DNA of 20,000 nt, taken from the IMG/VR virus record IMGVR_UViG_3300045999_007835; one strand, 5' to 3'. The notes beneath the pieces were generated by a model, which saw nothing but the letters and a program-made list of their open reading frames with translations, made no database searches and was not told where the DNA came from. The DNA comes from an uncultured virus (IMG/VR IMGVR_UViG_3300045999_007835) (lineage: Duplodnaviria > Heunggongvirae > Uroviricota > Caudoviricetes). Of this stretch, positions 14,408-20,000 are shown piece by piece. How positions within the stretch are numbered: position 1 is the stretch's first letter; each line of letters starts with the position of its first letter. The position numbers and the translations under genes were made by a program.

Positions 14408-16726
14408 TTACGCTCTCGGTTTGTTGGCTTGAGCCACTACCTTCAGGGCTTCCAGCTTGAGTTTTTCTTGATCAATCGCGACGTCCGCCTGATCCTTTTG
14501 GGCCTTGCGCTGTACGTCCTGCATCTTGACCTGCAGCTCTTGCTGTTGGAGCTGGAACAGCGGGTCTTGCGCTTGCTGCTGCGCTTGCTGTTGTGCGGCC
14601 TGCGTCTGATGGATCTGCGTGAGCTGCTTGCCAGCGTCTGCCACGAGACGCGAGAGTTGAAGCTCGATCTCCTCCGGCATCTCTTCGTTGGGCGCAGGCA
14701 GCGGCGCACCAAGGCGCTCTTCGATCTGCTTGCGATACATGAACCCAAGGTGCTCTGCGATGTGAGCTTGCAGACCCGCCATGATCTGCTGCGCCTGTGG
14801 GTTCTGCCCGATGGATTGCAAAATCATCGGATCCTGCATGAACGACTGATGCGCAGTCAGATGCGCCTCGTGGTCCTGATACATAAACGCCTTCATGGGC
14901 TTGCCAACCAACGCACCCATGTTCTCGCTGATCGGATCCCGAGGCTTCTGGTCTTCTGCCAGCGGCACGATCTTGTCGCCGTTCTTAATGCCAAGCACCT
15001 CGATCATCTGGCGGTGCAGATACGGCAGATCGTAGATCTGCGGAGCAGTCTGCGCCATTTGGAACGCGGCTTGGTACTGCACCACTCGCTGCGCCATCGT
15101 GGTCGCGTTGGGGTCCGACACAGGGATGACATCTACCTGCGCGTAGTCTTCGCTTCGCGCCCTGCGGTCCACACCCTCGGGGATGTAGTCATACGGCTCA
15201 TCGGCATACTCAGCGATGAGCGCCTTCAGAAGCTTGAACTCCTGCTTCATAGCGAAGTGCACGCGAGCCTGCACCGCAGCCATCGGCTTCAGCACGCGCT
15301 CGAGGATAGCCAGCGTCGTCCCTACAGGCGCGTTTGCGCTCATGTCCGAGACGTTCATATCGCTGATGGCCCCGAGCCTGCGGCCTTCGCTTGTGATCTT
15401 CTCGAGGAGCCCAGCCAGCACTTGGCTTGGCTCCTTATACGGCAGGATGAAGAAGTTATCCTTCAGCGCCCCACTGGGCACGTCCACATCACGCCACTCA
15501 CCCGGCGCAATCGGCGTATCGTCGCCCTTCACTCGCAGCCCCCGAGCCTTCAGACCCCCGGGCAGGTTGGACAGCGTACCGGCATCGACGAGCTGACGGA
15601 TGAGCGATGTGCCTGCAATGGCGTAGCCACCGATGATGTGGATGAGGCCAAGCCCGTAGAAGCCAAACCCCGGCACATACACGTAGTGTACGAAGTGATC
15701 GCGCTTAATGTCTTGATTGCCCGTGGGGTCGTAGTTGCGACGGATGGAGAGCACGTTGGATGTGCCCTTGTCGATGGTGATGATGTACGGGCGCGGCATC
15801 CCTTCTTCGTCGTCAAACCCCGGCAGGCAGTAGTCGACCTGCATCTCGTAGATCGCATAGCGGTCATCCGACTGGAGGGTATAGCCACCCTCTTCCGCCT
15901 TCCGCTTCTCGATGTCCGTGAAGAAACTCACCGGCTCACCAAGATCGATGTCGCGGTAGAACCCAGCCAACTGCAGGCGCTTCAGTTCGTTCTTCGTCTT
16001 ACGCATGATGTGCGTAACGCGCTCAGCGGTCTGGATGTTTGACGCCCCATAGGGCACGATCACATCTTCGGCTGGCAGGTACATCGACACCTGCCGCTTG
16101 AGTTGCACGTCGTAGTAGACCTTCTTGAACGCGGAGCCGGCAAGGCCAAGGCTGTAGAGCATGCGCTCATGCTCACTGCGGTACTCCACCATTCGCTCGG
16201 TCAACTGGTAGTTCATATCCGCACGCACGCGCTCAGCGGCTTCTAGCTTCTGCGGGGTGACGGCACCGAGGATCTTGGTCTTCACCGGGCCCGACGCAGG
16301 GAACGTCTCACTCATGGTCTCCGCTTGGAAGCGGATGGCGGCCTCGAGCAAAATCGTCGAGAACACACCGCAGGCACCGTCCCAAGGCTCTGTCCGGTCC
16401 TCATACTTGAGGCCCAGCACCTCGATACCCTTCACATACATATCGGACCATTCTTTGCGTGCCGACACGTCTGCATCCACCAGCCCTAGCAGCTCTGAGG
16501 CTAGCGACGACAGCTCGCCCTCATCCATGCGCTCAGCAAGGTTCTCGTCAAACTCACCCTCATCACTGAGGGCTTCCTCAGGCACTAGCGTGATCTCCAT
16601 GCTGCCATCGGCCAGCGTCACGCTCTCCGGGTTCACAACCTCGATCTCGAGGCCCGGATCAGCTTCTAACGACTCAAGCCCCGTAGGGGCCGCATACAGA
16701 CCTTTATCAATCAAACTCGTTGCCAT
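14408..16726 (-). CDS. Portal protein with a long Gln-rich C-terminal coiled coil
   Basis: 772 aa directly after the large terminase; PW.GA.GV, GSAFKKVYYD, FYGLGL.H, RQL.DAGTL.NLP and APVGTTLA motifs; AGGAG RBS. Confidence 0.85.
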   Translation of the reverse strand: MATSLIDKGLYAAPTGLESLEADPGLEIEVVNPESVTLADGSMEITLVPEEALSDEGEFDENLAERMDEGELSSLASELLGLVDADVSARKEWSDMYVKGIEVLGLKYEDRTEPWDGACGVFSTILLEAAIRFQAETMSETFPASGPVKTKILGAVTPQKLEAAERVRADMNYQLTERMVEYRSEHERMLYSLGLAGSAFKKVYYDVQLKRQVSMYLPAEDVIVPYGASNIQTAERVTHIMRKTKNELKRLQLAGFYRDIDLGEPVSFFTDIEKRKAEEGGYTLQSDDRYAIYEMQVDYCLPGFDDEEGMPRPYIITIDKGTSNVLSIRRNYDPTGNQDIKRDHFVHYVYVPGFGFYGLGLIHIIGGYAIAGTSLIRQLVDAGTLSNLPGGLKARGLRVKGDDTPIAPGEWRDVDVPSGALKDNFFILPYKEPSQVLAGLLEKITSEGRRLGAISDMNVSDMSANAPVGTTLAILERVLKPMAAVQARVHFAMKQEFKLLKALIAEYADEPYDYIPEGVDRRARSEDYAQVDVIPVSDPNATTMAQRVVQYQAAFQMAQTAPQIYDLPYLHRQMIEVLGIKNGDKIVPLAEDQKPRDPISENMGALVGKPMKAFMYQDHEAHLTAHQSFMQDPMILQSIGQNPQAQQIMAGLQAHIAEHLGFMYRKQIEERLGAPLPAPNEEMPEEIELQLSRLVADAGKQLTQIHQTQAAQQQAQQQAQDPLFQLQQQELQVKMQDVQRKAQKDQADVAIDQEKLKLEALKVVAQANKPRA

Positions 16727-16734
16727 GACGGCTC

Positions 16735-18294
16735 CTAATAGTAAGCCCCGCGTCGCGAGCGGGACAGCAGTTCGGGCTCTTCGTGATCAGTCTGCAGCTT
16801 GAGCAGGCCCCCCTTACGGATGCGGATCAAAGCCAGCGTGCACGCGTCAACATCGTCGTCGTGCTCCCCATTGGGGAACGCCAACAGTTCATCCACAACC
16901 TCAGAGGCCCACCACGTCTCGGGGAACCACACCTGACCACTGGTAAACATATCACTGATAGCGTTCACCCGCGCAATCTTGTCTTGGCCTTTGCCCGGCG
17001 TGTAGTCCTGCACAAAGATCCCCGAGCGCCGCATCTCGTCAATCAGCGGTTGTCCTGAGGCTTTGGCCTCTACGATCGTCGTGTCGGGCGTCCACTCTTT
17101 GACCTGCTGCAGAGCCGTTCGCTTCAGTTCTGGGAACTCGTACTTACCTTTGATGCGGTTTAGCAGGATGACGTTGTCCACCCCGTCCTCGTTTTGCCAC
17201 ACGCCCCACGTCTGGCAGACGGAATAGTCCGACCGCTCGTTCGTAGTCAGCGCCGTATCCCAAGCCTGCACGGTGTAGTCAACTTCCGGGGGGTCTTCCT
17301 TGGGCCACCACTTAATCTGGTCACGCTTGATGATGGCCGCCTCTTGGGCGGTCGGCTGCTGTTGGTACTGTGCGTTCCATTGCCACGCCGGCATCGACGC
17401 CTTCGTGCGGAGCAAGTGCTCCAGACTCCACTGCTCAGGCCACAGCGACTTTTGCAGCTCCGAGGCCGAATCCTGCACCTCTGGGTCGTAGTCTGGGTTG
17501 GCGTACGTCAGGATGGCGGGGAATTCAAAGACTTCGTATTGGTCGGCGTCTGGATTGAGGGTGGCGTCTTTAATCAGCCGGCCAATCAAATCCCGCTGGT
17601 GCCAGCGTGTGTGCAGGATGGCAATCTTGCCACCGGGCATCAAGCGAGTCCGCAGCCCCGCGCGGAACCATTCGTACACCGTGTCGAGCGAAGCGGTGTT
17701 TCCGGCCTTGATATCCTGCTCTGACAGGGGATCATCGATGATCGCCAAGTGGGCACCACGACCAGCAAGGGCACCGCCCACGCCGATAGCAAACACTTCG
17801 CCGCCTTTGGTCGTGTTCCACTTACCTGCAGCCTTGGCGTCGGCTGCAATGGCAACACCCGGAAAAAGCGCCTTATACACGTCCGATTGCATCAAATTTC
17901 GCACTTTTCGGGCCATATCGACGGCCAAATCGGACGTGTGCGAAGCCAAAATCAGCTTGTGATCGGGGTGTTTTCCGAGGTACCAAGCAGGGTAGTAGAT
18001 CGAAATCATCTGCGATTTGCCAAATCGGGGGGCCATAGAGACCGCAATTCGGTCTTTTACCCCGTCTTCGATCTGCATCAGCAGTGCGCCAAGCCGTTTT
18101 AGGTGGGTTCCGAACTTATAGTCGGGGTCAACGGCAGCAATAAAGGCCAAAAAGTCGGTTTGCGCAAGTAGGACTCGCTTTCGGCTGTCAATCTCCTCCA
18201 ACAGCGCCAGCGTATCGGCCATTTCCTCGGGGGAAAGGCTCTTTAAGTTCGCCAAAAGGCGCTGAACGTCACTTGGAGTCGCTAGCAACGGCAT
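16735..18294 (-). CDS. terL: Terminase large subunit
   Basis: Likely start ATG 18294, giving 519 aa. Walker A-like MAPRFGKS, Walker B AIIDDP, TRWH coupling motif, and RNase H-like nuclease residues WDTA, IVEAKASG and HDDDVDA. Confidence 0.93.
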   Translation of the reverse strand: MPLLATPSDVQRLLANLKSLSPEEMADTLALLEEIDSRKRVLLAQTDFLAFIAAVDPDYKFGTHLKRLGALLMQIEDGVKDRIAVSMAPRFGKSQMISIYYPAWYLGKHPDHKLILASHTSDLAVDMARKVRNLMQSDVYKALFPGVAIAADAKAAGKWNTTKGGEVFAIGVGGALAGRGAHLAIIDDPLSEQDIKAGNTASLDTVYEWFRAGLRTRLMPGGKIAILHTRWHQRDLIGRLIKDATLNPDADQYEVFEFPAILTYANPDYDPEVQDSASELQKSLWPEQWSLEHLLRTKASMPAWQWNAQYQQQPTAQEAAIIKRDQIKWWPKEDPPEVDYTVQAWDTALTTNERSDYSVCQTWGVWQNEDGVDNVILLNRIKGKYEFPELKRTALQQVKEWTPDTTIVEAKASGQPLIDEMRRSGIFVQDYTPGKGQDKIARVNAISDMFTSGQVWFPETWWASEVVDELLAFPNGEHDDDVDACTLALIRIRKGGLLKLQTDHEEPELLSRSRRGAYY

Positions 18295-18805
18295 CCTGAA
18301 CGTCCAAATGGGTAAGCGGAGACTCCGGCAGAGCCTCAATCGTCTTCATCAAGCGTTCCCGCAGCAGCTGTTCGAGCTCCTCGGTGGGCCGATGACGCAT
18401 AGTGACCTCGGACTTGTCGGTAAACAGCCCAACGTCGCTAATCTTCCCAAGCATTTCGTAGCATTTGAGCCGAATGCGCGGGTCTGGGTGGGTTGAGTCA
18501 ACAATCAGCTTGTTCGTGACGTAAGTACGGATCTGCTTGGCAGTCTGCACCACCTCCTTGTCGTACTCGTCAAGGATGGCTTTGATCTGAATGACTGTGC
18601 CGGGGGAGGAAAGCACTGTCCCGCTGGGCTCGATGTTCCCCAGCACCACTCCCCGGGCAGTGGCTTTGTCCTCATCCGTGACCAGCACCGAGTCTGAGAT
18701 CTCGGCCAAACTATTGAAGGCGGCGTTAACCCGCGCCTGCAAGTCTTCAAACGTAGGCGGATAGGCAGCGTAAGGGATGTCGAGATCGACATCGGGGAAT
18801 TGCAT
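18269..18805 (-). CDS. Putative terminase small subunit
   Basis: Start ATG 18805 after AGGAG, giving 178 aa. First gene of the operon and overlaps terL; RLKCYEMLGKI..VGLF.DK.EV resembles a TerS oligomerisation segment. Confidence 0.6.
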   Translation of the reverse strand: MQFPDVDLDIPYAAYPPTFEDLQARVNAAFNSLAEISDSVLVTDEDKATARGVVLGNIEPSGTVLSSPGTVIQIKAILDEYDKEVVQTAKQIRTYVTNKLIVDSTHPDPRIRLKCYEMLGKISDVGLFTDKSEVTMRHRPTEELEQLLRERLMKTIEALPESPLTHLDVQDAVASDSK

Positions 18806-18828
18806 ATGCACTCCTAAGAGGTGCAGCG

Positions 18829-18857
18829 AGCGTACCGCGCAAAGTGAACTAAGTCAA
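18829..18857 (-). promoter_or_regulatory. Sigma70-type promoter of the packaging/structural operon
   Basis: TTGACT (18857-18852), 17-nt spacer, TACGCT (18834-18829), just upstream of the RBS. Confidence 0.55.
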
Positions 18858-19089
18858 GTAGATTACTGAGTAAAGCTCTGTGTAGGGAATATTGCAAAAA
18901 ATTTTTAGGGGGGCTTAGTTTTGGAAGGGGGGTGGTTGCTGGGGGCTTGACGTAGTAAAAGGGCGTAGGAATGTGGTGTGCGGGGGGATTGCGCTCAGCG
19001 TAACGCGCGTGGGTCCCATACGCAGGAAAGCGGCCTCCCCCAGTGCGGTGGGGTCCGACCCCGACGGTTTCTAATCCTTAGATGCCAAC

Positions 19090-19117
19090 TTGACATTGTC
19101 ACGTGACCATGTAGAAT
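19090..19117 (+). promoter_or_regulatory. Sigma70-type promoter with overlapping palindromes
   Basis: TTGACA (19090-19095), 16-nt spacer, TAGAAT (19112-19117); palindromes TGACAtTGTCA and GTCACGTGAC lie within it. Confidence 0.65.
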
Positions 19118-19174
19118 GCGAAGCGTGTCAGGCATTCGAGACCGATCGGTCTTCCTGATACACGGAGTAGCATC

Positions 19175-19780
19175 ATGGCAAGTCGCATTGAAACCCGGAT
19201 TCAGGCAGTCGCCAATAAACACCTTCGCGGCATTCACTCTGCGCAGTGCGCAGTCGAACGCGCTCAGGAAAGCGTGGCCGGCAAGGTTCGCAGTGCAGTG
19301 AATGCACTGATCGGGACATGTAAGGTCGAAGGTCTCACGGGCGCGGCAATCGTCGAGGCAATCGACGGATTCTTTTTGACGGCATGCGTCGCGCGTGGCG
19401 CGCTGGGCGAGTCGGCGCGGGCAAACTACAAAACCAGTCTTCGCATGGCCCTTGCATTGAATCGCGAGTTTGCGCCGTCGCTGTTTACTGACAAGGCCGC
19501 TCAGGCCGAGTATGCGAAGGTCCGGGGCGTCGCGGGCAAGGGGCTCGCGGCAGCAAAGCGGAAAGAGCATTCACCCGGAGCGTCAACCGGCGCGAAGGTC
19601 TCGCAAGTGTCGGCCAGTGCAGCATCGGCCAAACCCGAGATTCTCGGCCGGCGCGTGACCGTGGTCGCGCCGGACTCGGCAGACCTTGCGATGATCGCCC
19701 CGATGCTGGCCGACATCGTTTCACAACCCGCGCGACTGGCACTGTTTTGCGACTGGTACAAATCTACGTTCACCAAGTGA
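19175..19780 (+). CDS. Hypothetical Ala-rich basic protein; probable early gene
   Basis: 201-aa ORF with a GGAG RBS, an upstream promoter and a downstream terminator; no family recognised. Confidence 0.72.
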   Translation: MASRIETRIQAVANKHLRGIHSAQCAVERAQESVAGKVRSAVNALIGTCKVEGLTGAAIVEAIDGFFLTACVARGALGESARANYKTSLRMALALNREFAPSLFTDKAAQAEYAKVRGVAGKGLAAAKRKEHSPGASTGAKVSQVSASAASAKPEILGRRVTVVAPDSADLAMIAPMLADIVSQPARLALFCDWYKSTFTK

Positions 19781-19809
19781 TCGACCCGGGGCGCGAGCCC
19801 CGACCCCCC

Positions 19810-19835
19810 AGCCCGCCGCGAGGCGGGCTTTTTTT
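19810..19835 (+). terminator. Rho-independent terminator
   Basis: GCCCGCC-GCGA-GGCGGGC followed by TTTTTTT; GNRA tetraloop. Confidence 0.88.
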
Positions 19836-20000
19836 CGTCCGCGTTTTCTGACCCCGCGCCTCGCGCGGGGTTTGTGATAGTAGCGGGCGGTGGGTGAGTC
19901 TGTGAGTCCGTGAGCCTGCACACGGCAGCGGCAAGTGAGTCCGAGCAACGACAAAATCTAGCGACCTCGCAAGCGAGGCCGGGCAGGGACAACTCTCCCC

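Noticed and set aside
14360..16042. 560-aa plus-strand ORF
   Set aside because: It is the antisense shadow of the portal gene, expected from GC-rich codon bias; it has no RBS and an unnatural Leu/Arg/His-rich composition.
18295..18339. Longer terminase start given in the ORF track
   Set aside because: It overlaps deeply with the upstream gene; ATG 18294 is more plausible.
18995..19992. Minus-strand ORFs of 191, 163, 85 and 77 aa
   Set aside because: They are antisense to the gene at 19175-19780, which has a promoter, RBS and terminator, and they cross its regulatory elements.

Overview
The window is the packaging and virion-morphogenesis arm of a tailed dsDNA phage, probably an uncultured aquatic phage with a short tail. 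About 27 tightly packed minus-strand genes run from right to left: putative small terminase, large terminase, 772-aa portal, GroES-like co-chaperonin, scaffold-like protein, capsid-associated proteins, Mu gpT-like major capsid protein, a free-standing GIY-YIG/NUMOD3 endonuclease, a cluster of small basic proteins with a holin-like gene, adaptor/tail proteins, and a tail fibre of at least 872 codons that runs off the left edge and is absent from the ORF track. A divergent control region at about 18.8-19.17 kb drives one plus-strand gene. The four most unusual signals are: (1) an invariant 12-nt sequence (CACCACCGCCTC on the coding strand) repeated 8 times inside the tail-fibre gene, separating variable in-frame cassettes; (2) a promoter-driven RNA with two potential pseudoknots downstream of the capsid gene, possibly the Mu-gpT-DE motif; (3) an endonuclease cassette with its own promoter placed between the capsid terminator and that RNA; (4) a shared [FYM]-x-x-G-G motif across several small basic proteins. 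Family assignments come from motif recognition and memory only; no searches were run.
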